A stretch of DNA of 61,798 nt, the filler included, from Asterionella formosa (Eukaryota), in assembly GCA_002256025.1 (NCBI GenBank). It is 19 parts of 19 records of this genome, joined end to end, with 100 filler letters (N's around TTAATTAATTAA, not from the genome) between each part and the next. Parts side by side here need not be neighbours in the genome. Positions count along the whole stretch, not along the records: positions 35,866 to 39,021 come from NKIB01014421.1; positions 39,122 to 42,277 come from NKIB01014422.1; positions 42,378 to 45,532 come from NKIB01014423.1; positions 45,633 to 48,787 come from NKIB01014424.1; positions 48,888 to 52,040 come from NKIB01014425.1; 14 more parts are not named here. One strand, given 5' to 3'. The notes beneath the pieces were generated by a model. It worked only from the letters and a program-made list of their open reading frames with translations. It had not been told where the DNA came from and made no database searches. Shown here one piece after another: positions 36,779 to 49,569 of the stretch; positions within the stretch are counted from its first letter, which is position 1, and each line of letters begins with the position of its first letter. The position numbers and the translations under genes are program-made.

Positions 36779-38898
36779 CCAGTTAAAAATGGCTTTGAGC
36801 CACTTCGAATGGCTTTGACCCGCTAAACGATGTAATATTAACAGTGCATACATAGATTTTTTTTAATTTTCCAGTTAGGACTATTTTTAGTACGACAAAG
36901 TTGTTCCTGATGTTGCCCCGGATACAACATCTCGGTACCTTCTTGTCGATTACCAGTAGACCTCCTCATGCTTTAGATAATCACATAAATGTGTCGGAAA
37001 GTAGCGATCAGCCCAAAAGTGGCAAAAACAATATTATACCATTGAGCCGGCATCTCCCGGAAATACACAATTACATTTGTGTAGAAAAAAATCAAATATA
37101 TATTTAGCTGCGTTTAACTGCCATGGACCATGTACTATAGCGATAAATGAATCAATAAGTCACTCTTAGTAACCTAATGCAATATTTCTTGATAGCCAAA
37201 AAATCGACCCATATTAAAATCAGAGACTGTAATTCACATCAGAAATTGCTTCCGACATACCACAAAATGAAGCAAATCGCAGTCATCTCATTATCAATGA
37301 TGAAACCTACAGCAAGAAAACAGCCGTAACCATCCAAAAGGTACAAGGTGATACCTAGTTCTTCCGATAAGACTGTAGTGTCACTTATTAAAAAGCATAG
37401 TTATGGAATTAGAAACTTGAAAGACAAATAACAATGGCAAACTACCATATGTTGCAATATCGAATATTTTTGCATCGATCAAGGCGGCTACACTGGCTTG
37501 GCTAACATGACCTATGGTCCAGTATCATTCGCAAAAGCTCAATCAGGAGGGAAAGAAGGAAACTAATTCACTAGTATAATTGCTTACCTGCTACCGGTAC
37601 TATGAAACTAAATGATTCACGGTCATTGGCAGGTTATACCTCATCAATTTATACCCTGACTACAAATTCAAGTTTAAATATCCAACTCACACGAAATGCA
37701 AGAGAGACTTACTCACCAAACAAAAAGGAAAGCCACCGTGCTGCATTCACTGTTGAAAAGGATGACATTGTTAATCTGGTGTTGAAAACTTGGGATGAAC
37801 ACTTTGCCCATATCGCTACAAACCAAAAAGCTGTTGTTGCTGAACGAGGTTGGGGTCTATTTAAAAACAACTTGCTGCTCCATCCGGAAATTCAACTGAC
37901 AAGTAGCTCAAATCTGGAAACACATTCCCCTGTGTTTACCAAACTTGAGCCAAGGCATCACTGAAACCCTTGTTGATCAGGTCATACCACAGTATCGCAA
38001 TTATGAGGATGCTAGAAACGGAATAAATCTGGACGAACTTGCCCGCCAACGAAAAGAAACAGCACAAAGGGCGATTGCAAGCAATAATCGATACACAGCC
38101 GGTCTTCATGTTGCTGCAGGTAGGTATTTATTGGGTCCTGAAGTGATCAATGACCAGCTGCAAAGGAAGAGGCATGCGGAAGAAGTGCAGAATGAGTGAG
38201 AGAATAAGAAAATAGATTCACACACAACGCATGAAAACAAGGTTTATGCAGTCAGAACGCTAAGCAAACAGCCAGCAGAGTGGACGACAGTGGCTGGTGC
38301 AAACGAAAACAATGGCAACATGGTACAAGGGAGCAGGCAATCTTTCATCACCAACAATGAAGCAACTTCTACTTACCAGATACCATGACACCATAATGCG
38401 TGACCATGCTGCATTACCAGTTGCAACTGTAATGGCGCCACTTCCTGACCCTTTGGTCCCTCCTATAACATACAAGATATGATTTGCTTGAAGACCACCA
38501 GTCTCAGAACAATGCAACAACCACTGCGAAAAAAATGCGAGGAGTCTTTGATGAAACCGACAAGATATAATGGGAACACCACCAGTCTCAGAACGATGGA
38601 AATACTGCGAAAAACCATTCAAACAATATAATATTTTCTAACTGTCACCTACAAAAATAACTACATGTAGTATGGTAATACCGGTAGTTTAATCAAGAAT
38701 GGCTTTGGGCCACTTTTAAAATGGATGGATTTTAGTAAATATATGTTCAAGTAAAAAATGATATACTAATTCTCATGTAGCTTAATGACCTAACTAATGT
38801 TGTGCCAAAGGGCGAAGAAGTGGATCGATTTTAGCATAATTCTAGAAATAGTCAGAAAATGATCATTTAATAACGTCGCTCAAAGCCTTTATTACTGG
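36779..38898 (+). mobile_element. Internally deleted pogo-like DNA transposon with TIRs and TA target duplication
   Basis: TA|CCAGTTAAAAATGGCTTTGAGC ... GCTCAAAGCCTTTATTACTGG|TA. Internal frameshifted fragments (EKDDIVNLV..NQKAV..ERGWG..NLLLHPEI; EDARNGINLDELARQRKETA..TAGLHVAAG) are homologous to the ORF at 50826-51915. Confidence 0.8.
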
Positions 38899-40243
38899 TA
38901 CCTGGTACTGGCAAGCAAAATGTACGATAGTGCAGACCCTGCATTTTATCAATGACCCTCAGGATCCAAAAGCCACGTACGAGAACTGTATGTAGGCTCT
39001 GGTACTGACTCAGTTGTCGACNNNNNNNNNNNNNNNNNNNNNNNNNNNNNNNNNNNNNNNNNNNNTTAATTAATTAANNNNNNNNNNNNNNNNNNNNNNN
39101 NNNNNNNNNNNNNNNNNNNNNAGTTGATACCGGAATGCATACAGGGATGCAAGATGTATGTACTACGTCGTTCTCCTATGTATGATGCATACCGATATTT
39201 TCCAGAACAGTGCACTTCTGTACATTCATACCGGTGGAGAAATGCATTTAAAATACGGGTACGGTAGGAGATTTCTGGAATAAGGAGTCTTGAAACTCAA
39301 AATTGCGATTGGGGGGAAAACCCCCCAAATCCAAAAACCCCTAATCATACCGGTAGCAAGGTTCGGAAACTGATTTTTTCAGAAAATGTTTCTTTAAAAT
39401 TAGATTTTGATGATAATGAAATTTATTGGCCAGCGCGAAACCGTTAGAATTTTTTAAATGTCTAAGTAATTTTACCGGGGAGTCAAATATGATTACTTGC
39501 CGGCGCCGCATTCCATTTTCGGCAAAATGACCGCAACTTGCTGGTACCTGGTACCAGGTACCTGATACCATCAGGGTACATATCTGCACCTTGATGTCAC
39601 TTCACGTACCAGGTACCAGGTACCAGGTACCGGTATGCGGATGATAGTTTCAAAAACGAACGTATCCCAAATAACCTGTTATGTACCAGGGTACTGAGTC
39701 CTGAGTATGCTCGATTTTGTGTAGATAGAAAACTATGGATCCTATATAGCACGGAATTATGTTAAAGGAATAAAATATGCCGGCAAAACACATTACTGGT
39801 ACATATTATTTTTGAAAAGGTTTAAGATTTGATCGACAATTTCTTTATGAAAAATGAGTAAGTTCTTCAGTTTGCAAGAAAAACGCGACTTCATGTTGCT
39901 ATCGTTGCTGATCTCAATTTTCGTTTTAATTATTAGTGTTATTACTTTACTTCTTTTACGATTGTATTTTCTATGTCGTGCTTAATTTACGTAGCAAGTA
40001 GCAAAGCTTCGTTCTCATTATTCGCGGAGATAATTCGTATTTTAATCATGGTCAAGGTTGCGACAACATGATGCAGGATTCTTCGGCTGCTCATATTAAC
40101 TACTACCTGTTTACTCTAGCATTAAATATGTACAAAGGAATCGCAACATCACCGATTTACACGTTTGGCGTGCCACCGTTGCAATGATACATATAGTCAA
40201 GGCCAAATGATAAAGAATATTCTAGAATTTATGGATTCATGCA

Positions 40244-41800
40244 TTACGACTCGCTCACCAGCGGGACTTCCGGAGCCAACCATTTTTGAACTCCCTCACA
40301 AACTGGAATATGGTAGCCTGTCGCATACTTTGCTTGGTTCTCCTCCACTGATGCTGAATTATATCGATAGTTGACCATTATCCCTAGGCTATTGTGCAAC
40401 CCCTTTCTTGATGGATCCGCCATATAGTTTAATTGGTACATTTCCGCCCCATTACGAATATGAAAGCGGGCCACTCCATCCAACGGTTTTCGTCGATGTT
40501 TTTGTTGGACCAAGTAGTTAGCTGCTAGTTTCATGAAGACCGGTTCTACGGCATGCAAACTGAGTATATCTTGAGGGTCGTCCAGTCTTTCAAGCAAGCG
40601 TACCGCAACTTCGTTGGGGTGGCACTTCAAGCATTGAGACAAGGTGGTAACATCACTGATGGAAAGGAGCGTCTCGTCAACAAAAGTGCCACCATGAATC
40701 ATGGTCGACAGCTTTTCTTGTAACCACTTCCGGAAACGAGGTATTGGTGAAAGTGTGATTGATGTTTCTATCGACGGAAACTCTTCCAGGAGCCACACTT
40801 TCGCCTTCTTCAGCAATACATATCCAAGATCAATGCCGCTGAGTCCCTGCTGCGTGGAGCTTATGGAATAGAACACCGCAACCTTAACATCTACACGTTC
40901 CGCTGGGTTGAGCACATCGTTCATGCATGTTGGGATGGAGGTTCTAAGGGCGACGTGCACAAACACCAGCGGCTCATCTGGCAGTAATGGATGAAAGGCA
41001 GCAAAGACTCGACGATCTGGTCCCAGTCTCAATTTCAAATCATTCAGACTCTGCAATGGATGTACTGCTTCCTTGGTGGCAATTTTTTCAATCACTGCAG
41101 CGGATGTTCCCTCATAGGTGATGCGACGTATCTGTAGTGTTTCCGGACTAAACCAGGATGACAAGAGCATTTGGAGATGGTTGTCAAGTTGTTTAAGTCT
41201 CACGAGAGCTTCATCTTCCACACTTCCCACAACGTGCTGTGTCTGTAAGTATTGTAATAGATCTTGGCGAAGTTCTACTAGGAACTTCATACCTTCCTGG
41301 GCATTCCCCTCTAAAATAATTTGGAAAAGCCGTTCGTAGCCCGGGGTGAGAGCATTCCTCATGGCTTGAATCAAGTGCACCCTTTGAAGATGCAGCGATG
41401 TGTCCTTGCTTTGCTGATATTTCGCCATTGTCGCTTGGATATCGGCTTCCCATGGCCCAAGGTCAGTGGCGAGAAAGTTAAGGATGGAAACTCGCCCTTC
41501 ATGAATGTCACTTGACGCCACGGAGCTTGAGATTGACATGTACTGGCATCTCATACTTTCTGCCAGAGAAATTAAAGAAGAAACGTTGTCCAGATCGGAT
41601 GGAGCTTTCAGCTGGGTTTGTATGCTCACCAACAAGGGGGGAATTTCATTCCTTGTGGTGAGCATTCGTTTCGTTTGAAAGAAGTGTGGGATTGCCGCCG
41701 CTGCAAGAACTTTGCGCTGCAGTCCCCCTTTCTTGACCATTTCATACCGTGCAAGTCTTTGCAGAGAAAGTCTGCGCATCGGACCTGTTAGCAATATCAT
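40244..41800 (-). CDS. MLYCD: Malonyl-CoA decarboxylase with probable mitochondrial presequence
   Basis: EAVHP..DLKLRLGPDRRVFAAFHP..EPLVFVHVAL, AVFYSISSTQQGLSGIDLG, TLSPIPRF, LDGVARFHIRNGA, ADPSRKG..SLGIMVNYRY; Arg/Leu-rich N-terminus; intact 518-aa ORF. Confidence 0.96.
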   Translation of the reverse strand: MILLTGPMRRLSLQRLARYEMVKKGGLQRKVLAAAAIPHFFQTKRMLTTRNEIPPLLVSIQTQLKAPSDLDNVSSLISLAESMRCQYMSISSSVASSDIHEGRVSILNFLATDLGPWEADIQATMAKYQQSKDTSLHLQRVHLIQAMRNALTPGYERLFQIILEGNAQEGMKFLVELRQDLLQYLQTQHVVGSVEDEALVRLKQLDNHLQMLLSSWFSPETLQIRRITYEGTSAAVIEKIATKEAVHPLQSLNDLKLRLGPDRRVFAAFHPLLPDEPLVFVHVALRTSIPTCMNDVLNPAERVDVKVAVFYSISSTQQGLSGIDLGYVLLKKAKVWLLEEFPSIETSITLSPIPRFRKWLQEKLSTMIHGGTFVDETLLSISDVTTLSQCLKCHPNEVAVRLLERLDDPQDILSLHAVEPVFMKLAANYLVQQKHRRKPLDGVARFHIRNGAEMYQLNYMADPSRKGLHNSLGIMVNYRYNSASVEENQAKYATGYHIPVCEGVQKWLAPEVPLVSES

Positions 41801-42377
41801 TGTTCATCATCAAGGGAGGGGAGGGGAGGGGAGGGGAGGATTATGAATATCTGGTGAGTTCTCGTGCGATGTTGGTGAGTCACAAAACCTGAGATGTGCT
41901 GGATTGTGAGTTCCAGTGCCTCTCCTCAAATTAAATTGTGATGTGAGTACCTACCGGTAGTACTCCGTAGCGAGAAAGCAATGACCACTGCTCGAATCAT
42001 CATTGAACGCAGACGACGATATTCTAACTACCAGTAGCGGGTATTAGCGGCAGACATAGTACGGGTAGTAGTATATACTAACTAAATGTACCAAATACCG
42101 GTGTTTACTTTTTAACAACGCGCACAACTCATAACTTTCTGGTGTATTTTACACCCTCCACTAGAGCCAGTGCAAGTGTGCTGCTGCTGCTGAATTTTCT
42201 GCCCCCACCATGGTGTCTTCGGACAAGGCAGCATGCGCTGCTGCCCCTCCAAGCAACCCTCCTATGGACAGCAATTANNNNNNNNNNNNNNNNNNNNNNN
42301 NNNNNNNNNNNNNNNNNNNNNTTAATTAATTAANNNNNNNNNNNNNNNNNNNNNNNNNNNNNNNNNNNNNNNNNNNN

Positions 42378-42536
42378 CAAGTTTGGGAAGTTTGCCATTA
42401 CTCTTGTCAGAGGCCCAGACTGTTCTGCTGCGGCTTTGGCCGATACTTGATCTGGCGACGTGACAATCAACGTGGTGAAACATGATGACAATGAGGAGGG
42501 GGAGCGGGAGGTGGTGGTGGAATCGCAATCCATCAT
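42378..42536 (-). CDS. 5' end of a gene (weak resemblance to fucokinase-like N-termini)
   Basis: MMDCDS..FTTLIVTSPDQVSAKAAAEQSGPL runs into the contig end; too short to assign. Confidence 0.3.
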
Positions 42537-43093
42537 GTTCAGGTGTTTGTGTTTGATGTGTAGATTAAATATTATATTTTTTAAGATCTGGACAAAATGA
42601 TGTACTAGCTCTATAGTAGCTGCACCAATTACATGTAGACATGTACCGGTAGGCTATCAATGTGCACTGTGTTCTGATGATGATGGTATGCAGTACGGTT
42701 CTACGTAGCACATATCATAGTAAAATAATATGATCTTCGCCGACCACTCTGCGTGGGTACATATTTTGTCAATTCAATTTATTACTCATGGCTGAATGAA
42801 TACTTATATTTGGATCGACGAAATAGAAAATATTTCCTGCCCTAGTAAGTATGTACATAAAATATATGCCGCAGTGCTGAGTAGTATAAACATCGTGAAA
42901 ATATATACAATGATATAGATGTAGATCTATATTCGATATATCCATGTAGGTCTACATAAATATAAATACTCAAAACCTCTACCGGTAAAATGAAAGCACA
43001 AAAACAATCTATCAGCCAAGATATTATTGATTTTATACCACAATCCTCACCAAACGTTAGCTGTTGTGAGGGGATCCCAAACAAATCGCAAAC

Positions 43094-43831
43094 ATGACAG
43101 CATCCAAGCAATGGATGAGTGTAACAAAATCAACATCACTCCTCCTTGCACTACTTTGCTTTGTTATTACATGCAAAGAAACGGTTGCGTTGTCGCTTCC
43201 GCAACAACAGTATCCTCCGCCATTTGTCACTCGTCGCCACGTGGTGGAACGCGCCGCCTTGTTTACTACCATGTTGCTAGTACCTACCCCACCATCCTAT
43301 GCTGCAACTACTACTACTACTCCAAGTATCAAGGAACTAGAAAGACTTCAATTAGGGTATGCTAGAGTGCAGTATCTGCTTCAAAACTGGGACTCGCTCA
43401 CGAGCGTTTGTGGGAAGGGCGTCATGAGTGATATGGAACGAAAGCAAGTCATTCGTACCGAAGGTGGTGGAGGTGGCTTTTGCGAAAAGACGCCCCTTGT
43501 TGTGCAAGAGTACATGGGATACAAATCTACCAAGGATCCGCTGTACAGAGCTGATGCGCTCATGGTTCGAGCAGCTCCGTTGGTGGACAATGATGTACTG
43601 GAACAGTATTTGGATGTTGTGGAAAAGTATAGAGAAAAGGCTGACAATGTTGCCATGATGGCATATACCTCATCATGGGGAGAAGCGAACCCAAATGGAG
43701 GAAAGGAAGTCGTTGATGATTACTTGGATAGGACAAAGCTAGATGTACAAGAGTCAGAACGGCTGTTAAAGTCCGTATTGGGATTTTTGAACCTTGCGAC
43801 GTTGCCTCCGTCTAAGGGGAAGTTGTTGTAG
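43094..43831 (+). CDS. Nuclear-encoded plastid protein, probable thylakoid-lumen helical-bundle (PsbQ-like) family
   Basis: Signal peptide, short transit region, twin-arginine TRR followed by a hydrophobic stretch and an SYA-A cleavage-like site. The mature part has a Cys pair and YTSSWGEANPNGGK. Intact 245 aa. Confidence 0.75.
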   Translation: MTASKQWMSVTKSTSLLLALLCFVITCKETVALSLPQQQYPPPFVTRRHVVERAALFTTMLLVPTPPSYAATTTTTPSIKELERLQLGYARVQYLLQNWDSLTSVCGKGVMSDMERKQVIRTEGGGGGFCEKTPLVVQEYMGYKSTKDPLYRADALMVRAAPLVDNDVLEQYLDVVEKYREKADNVAMMAYTSSWGEANPNGGKEVVDDYLDRTKLDVQESERLLKSVLGFLNLATLPPSKGKLL

Positions 43832-45369
43832 TTGAGTCAACAATAACACGTGATGGTGCGAAGCTATTAATCATACGGAGATTATGTAATATATGTATAA
43901 AACAGCTGATGGTGTTCGCACTTATGTAGTGAACAAATAAGCAAGGAGCTAAACGAGGCAGACATTAAAAATCGCTTGAACATAATGCTATGTAATGATA
44001 CTAGACTTCTAATATTATTGATAGAAAGAAGCAGGGGCTAGTTTGGAGAATTTCCTCTCTCCATGAGGATGATGGTTGCCTCATAATATTCGTATTATTT
44101 AGTTTATTATAGACGAGGGAAACAGGGGATGTGCACGAAGCGCGCATTGAAACAAGGGAAACATGAGAAATCGGAAGGCAGGGAGGGTGAGGCAAGAGTA
44201 GCAACCACGGGAGCTAAATCAAGCTTAGCAAAAATTAAAGATGAAGTTCGAAAGCAGTAAACGACATGTAAACCATGCAAGGAGAAGGTCATGGAAGAGT
44301 CGATCTGTCAGTGAGCAACCATGCAAGAGTTCAATGCAGAAAGCTCACAATTCTTCGAATCGGCTTTCAACAAGGCTATTGTTGATCACCAAGCCATGAA
44401 AATTTACAATCTATAGATAAAATTCACCCAGCACAGAGGTCCTGTTAAAGTGAGCTCATCTCTGCAGTTATGACTCATAGTCAAATGAGTCGACTTGATG
44501 TGGTACCAAGCTCTCATCAACCACATGTTATTACTCCAACTATATTGAGCCGGATGATATAAGCTATTCGGAAGACCAATAGTTTGAATTGAATGCTTCA
44601 TAGTTATAGACCTATGATCAGTTAGTGTGAGATAGACATGGGTCCATCCATGAATGTATTTTTCTAGGAATGGCAACAGCATTTGGAGAATCGTTCATTT
44701 GTCTATTCAAACTGAACAACCTAAACTAGTTTAGTCACTCAAAATAAGAATATAGAAACGAAAGAGAAACAAACATCTCTATCTATAGCCTTCTTTGTCT
44801 AACAATATAGGTCTAACTAAAAAGGTAATACTTTAACAAAGTCCCACCCACAGCTCGAGTGCAAAACTCTACTGCAGCTATGATGGGAGACCTGGAGGAA
44901 ACGAATTATTCAAGCTATTACATAGAACCGAATTCAAAAAACCAACTATCAACAAGTCTAAAGATTAGTTGGAACAACAAAGCGAACCATTCAAGAATCG
45001 AAAGGAAACAAAGGAACATTTGCAGAAAGGCAGTCGAACAAGTCGGTAATTGAGTCGAAGTAACTTTCATATTTGATAGAGATAAATAACGGGTCAATCT
45101 GGTGGTAATAGTTTCAGCTAAGTATGAAGCATGCACAGCATAGAGTGTCTGCATATGTATACTGTATAATATTATTCACGTATGAATAATTTATTCTTGA
45201 TGAATCGTCAAGATTTGGGCGATGAGGACATGTCCGTAAAAAGATGTCAAATGTACACAACAAAATGTTGAACCGACAAATTCAATTTTTAAGGTTCATT
45301 TCATTGCATATAACAATATATCCTACCTCATTTGTCGCTTACCATCAAGAATCAAAGATTGGCATACCC

Positions 45370-45532
45370 ATGAAACAGTGCGTGGTCCTCGTACTATTGC
45401 AGTTCGTTGTTTCAGCTCATGCTGTTGTGAACCCTTCACATGTCATGCACGATTTAGGCGAAGACATCCATAACGTTGGTGCCAAAGTTAAGGTCACAAT
45501 GGGCAAAACGTATGAACATTTAAGAGAAGAAA
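45370..45532 (+). CDS. Secreted protein N-terminus, 3'-truncated
   Basis: MKQCVVLVLLQFVVSAHA signal peptide, open to contig end. Confidence 0.55.
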
Positions 45533-46502
45533 NNNNNNNNNNNNNNNNNNNNNNNNNNNNNNNNNNNNNNNNNNNNTTAATTAATTAANNNNNNNNNNNN
45601 NNNNNNNNNNNNNNNNNNNNNNNNNNNNNNNNCAGGAGACAAATCTGGTGTGACCAAGCAAATTTCAACTAAGTCTTCGGGCACAGTGTGAATTGCAAAC
45701 ACGTTTTGTTGGTTCGCTGATCAATGCCAGTACAGAAGCCTTTTGCTTCTTGGTGCTGAACTGGAAATTCCGATTGCAACAAAAATATTTGGGTTTCAAT
45801 CCAGATACGCAGGAAATTTCAGAGAACGATATTCGTCATTCTACCGATTTTGTCGACATTGGTGGGAAACCACTTATCAAAAAAGTGTGAGGGAAGAAAG
45901 TTCAGTTTCAAATGGTCTCACTGATCAATGGACTGATGATATTGATTTACTCGTTTATAAGGAAATCTAGTACACTGGACTTTCACAAAAGAATCGATCT
46001 GAATATGTAAGGAATCCTAGTGGAATTGCTAGTACTTCCACAAAAAATATCATCTACCCACACTCATACTTCTCATTTCCCAATGTAAATGAAGAGGATA
46101 TGCATCAATATGTTGAATCACTTCAACAAGAATATTGATTACAATGAACGCATTAATCAACGGGACATTGATGACGACGTTGATTTTGAATGGATCTAAT
46201 AGAATCCAATGCATGCTTAGTAGTAAAATAATAAATATAGTTAGTGTGAGACTTCTACAATGCACAGACCATATCATAGATGTTAGAAAAACATTGATGT
46301 TGCTCTATACTACTAGTAGTGGCGCCTGTACTGTATGTAGCGGTATACCTTCGTTTTTACTACCATGGTGGAGTGAGAATTTCACAACTCTGTATTGTCC
46401 AGCACAGCATCATCGGAGTGATGCTTAATTTATTATTATTAATTCATTTTCATTCTATCCTGTTCATATCCTGACTTTGTCATCATTTGAAATTTGCAAT
46501 AT

Positions 46503-46794
46503 ATTACATCAGTTGGATGAAATTCATGAATTATATAATGGATCATAGAGGTAATTGTTTCAAGGTCCCAATATGCAAGATCTTTCAAGTCTGAATACAC
46601 AATTAGCACATAATTACTTTCGTGATGAAGTGGATGACAATCACCTTGGTATATATATGGATTGTTATTACTCTTTTCTGGGTTCTCATCCAGATCAAGT
46701 GTAGTATAACCTTTACATCACTTGGATGAAGCTCATGAATTATAAAATGGATCATAGAGGTAATTGTTTCAAGGTCCCAATATGCAAGATCTTT
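46503..46794. repeat. About 83-bp direct repeat within a decayed minus-strand ORF (46603-47223)
   Basis: TTACATCA.TTGGATGAA..TCATGAATTATA.AATGGATCATAGAGGTAATTGTTTCAAGGTCCCAATATGCAAGATCTTT occurs at about 46503 and 46712. Confidence 0.85.
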
Positions 46795-48239
46795 AAAATC
46801 TGAAGATGATTTTTTGATACCTTTAAGTCCATAAAATACAGAGGCGTAATTGCATATTTCTTGTGGCGTACGTGTGTACAAATCTTTCCACAATAGTTTC
46901 TCTGCTTTATGATGTTCATCTTGATGTTCTGGACAAAAAGTAATGAGACATATTTCTTTGTTTTGCGACTTTTCAACCATTTCTACTTCTGAAGTGATAT
47001 CTGCCACATTTCTGCCGGTATTTTCATTCATGGCATGAATTTGTTCATCAAATGAATTAGAATCACTGAGTTCTTCTTCATTATCAGCGATTTCAGGAGA
47101 ATGAGGAGCAAAATACGACACTGGATGGTGGAACTGTGACTCTGTACGAATAGAGTCTTCATCCATGAAGACCAACTGTTTGGGTTTCCTCTTCGAAACC
47201 AGCCAATCTTTCCTTCTTTTCAATCTCAGCCACTATTGTATCGGCATACTTGCTTCATTATTATTTTTTCTGGAGTATTACGAATCTGTTCAAATTCATT
47301 TGATCTTTGAGTGTATTCAAAGGAATATTCGATTGATTTGATAACTTTCTTCATCTTCTTTTCCGAAAACATAAAGTCGTGTAGTGTAAACAATGGAAGT
47401 CAGTCACATTTCTTGTTTGACTGATTCTATGCATGAAATCCATGAAATGCCATTTGGAAAGCAAGTTGTCAAAGGGCCAGAAGACAATGATGTAAAACAG
47501 TGGAAGTGAAACGCGGAGCTTTTCGCGGAGCTTATTGCGGCGCTTGTGGAGGTGGAACTGGTGTGATGGTAACCGAGTGTAGTCATTGTTGAACAGAGGA
47601 CAGCAGTGTCATATGCATGTTCCGCCAGCGTAGTGTTTACAGAATACACATGCCGGCATATGTATAGCTAAAACAAGGAAAGACAACACGAGAATGAACG
47701 TGATGGCTGGTTGTTGAGGAAACCGGTATGTGATATGCATCAATCCATATCACAAATCATATTATAGTGATGTACATATCAATGCATCCGTATACTTAGA
47801 TCCTATCCACCGTATAATACTATCATATTAACTGTTGACTTTCACTGTATACATTAAAAGTCGAATTTATACATTAAGAAACATAATTATGATATATTTA
47901 TTAATTTTCTGTGATGTATCGATAACACTTGCGTATATATTTTATCGTATTTTATTCTCATTCTATAATTTTAACATGATCATATTTTGATCAAAATTAT
48001 ATCACAAACATTTTAAGAAATCATCATAGTTCGATGATCAAGATATCATAGTTATGTGATATACTTTATTCAATATTACGTATCATACTTTGGTGATGTA
48101 TGCATCGATGTAAACCTATCGTGATACCACATTATCATCTTATCAATCATGATGAGATGATTGGGAACTGTTGTATTCTGCATCGTACTACAGAGTATGA
48201 AATTATAACACGCACTTTAGTGGCTATGTCACTCCTGTA

Positions 48240-48787
48240 ATGTAAACAAGTCGACAGTGCACATACACACACGCTAATCAGGTTTGAGGCAACGGACAGT
48301 GGTTCCAACGAGCGAATGACGATACCACAGGTACAAATTTTTCCAGCGGCAAACCGCAATGATGAAGGACACTTGTCCCTCTATTGATGAGGATGACACG
48401 GGCACCGACTTTTCCAGGAGCAAACAACAATGAAGAGACCCACTTGTCGCTCTATTCATGGTAACAAAGATGCGGACAAGTTCAACAGTGAATACAAGAA
48501 CAACAAACAAATGAAAACAAGTCAACAGTGGGTGTACGCACACGCCAAGCAGGTTTGAGGCAACGGACAATTCCAACAAGCAAATGACGATACAGATATC
48601 AAATTCTTCCTACGAGCAAAAAACAATGAAAAGAGCCACTTGCTTTTGCTCTCTTGATGGTATCAAAGATGCAGACAAGTTCAATAGTTAATTCAAGTAC
48701 AGTATGCCAAATGCAGAAACGAGCGAGCGATATGAAAATGAAATACATTCTAATCAGAATCATTCTATAACTATAGCTATGTGGACA
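48240..48787. repeat. Diverged tandem repeat, unit about 270 bp
   Basis: CAGGTTTGAGGCAACGGACA occurs at about 48279 and 48550; AAAGATGC.GACAAGTTCAA at about 48466 and 48665. Confidence 0.8.
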
Positions 48788-48887
48788 NNNNNNNNNNNNN
48801 NNNNNNNNNNNNNNNNNNNNNNNNNNNNNNNTTAATTAATTAANNNNNNNNNNNNNNNNNNNNNNNNNNNNNNNNNNNNNNNNNNNN

Positions 48888-49268
48888 ACGTATCGAAAGA
48901 ATCAGTCGCAAGTCGACTTTCCTGAAAGACTCCCTCTTCACGAAGGCGATGGGTTCTTGTCGGAATTCTTGGCTTCTGATGTCACCATCCCTGAGCGTTC
49001 CTGTAGTTCAATGACTCCTGGGGTTGGAGACGATGCTTCCATGTACGACGTAGATTCTCGAACTTACAATATTCGAAGTGTGGTTAACCATATCGGTTCA
49101 TCAGCGAGTTGTGGGCACTACACTGCGGATTCAAGTCGATTGTATCATACCGGGGAGAGGAAATGGACGAGATTTAATGATTCCGTCGTTTCTTGTTTGA
49201 GCAAGGATGAAGCGATGGGAGCGTTTGCTAAGAAAACTGCTTATATGGTCATGTATGAGCTGGAGTGA
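48888..49268 (+). CDS. Ubiquitin-specific protease (peptidase C19) C-terminus, 5'-truncated
   Basis: RKNQSQVDFP, His box YNIRSVVNHIGSSASCGHYTA, WTRFNDSVV, TAYMVMY; open from contig start. Confidence 0.93.
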   Translation, partial: TYRKNQSQVDFPERLPLHEGDGFLSEFLASDVTIPERSCSSMTPGVGDDASMYDVDSRTYNIRSVVNHIGSSASCGHYTADSSRLYHTGERKWTRFNDSVVSCLSKDEAMGAFAKKTAYMVMYELE

Positions 49269-49569
49269 ACGATGCGGAATGATAAAGTATGAAGTATATG
49301 TTTTTTGGGGGCTTAGTGTTGAATAATTAGTAAGTGATTGATAGAAAGAACAGCGTTTTCATTCAAGTCTTTTTTGAAGCATTCAGTCCAATACAGAATA
49401 TGTTGATTTATTATCTAATGTATTTGTGAAATTTCTATTGGGTCTAATATTGCGGCGTATGTGAAAGTGAAGTATGAAAACCAATACGAAAGCACAACAA
49501 CTTGCCAGTTTCTGGATAAACATGGAATCGAATTTGGAATGGTGACCTAGTTGCTGTAATTAACGGATG

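Noticed and set aside
39309..39330. GGGGGG-AAAA-CCCCCC hairpin as a terminator or Helitron 3' end
   Set aside because: Eukaryotic context, no U-tract, and no CTRR terminus at the expected distance.
45633..45970. STEAFCFLVL fragment resembling TE accessory proteins
   Set aside because: A single weak motif in a frameshifted region; not supportable without a search.
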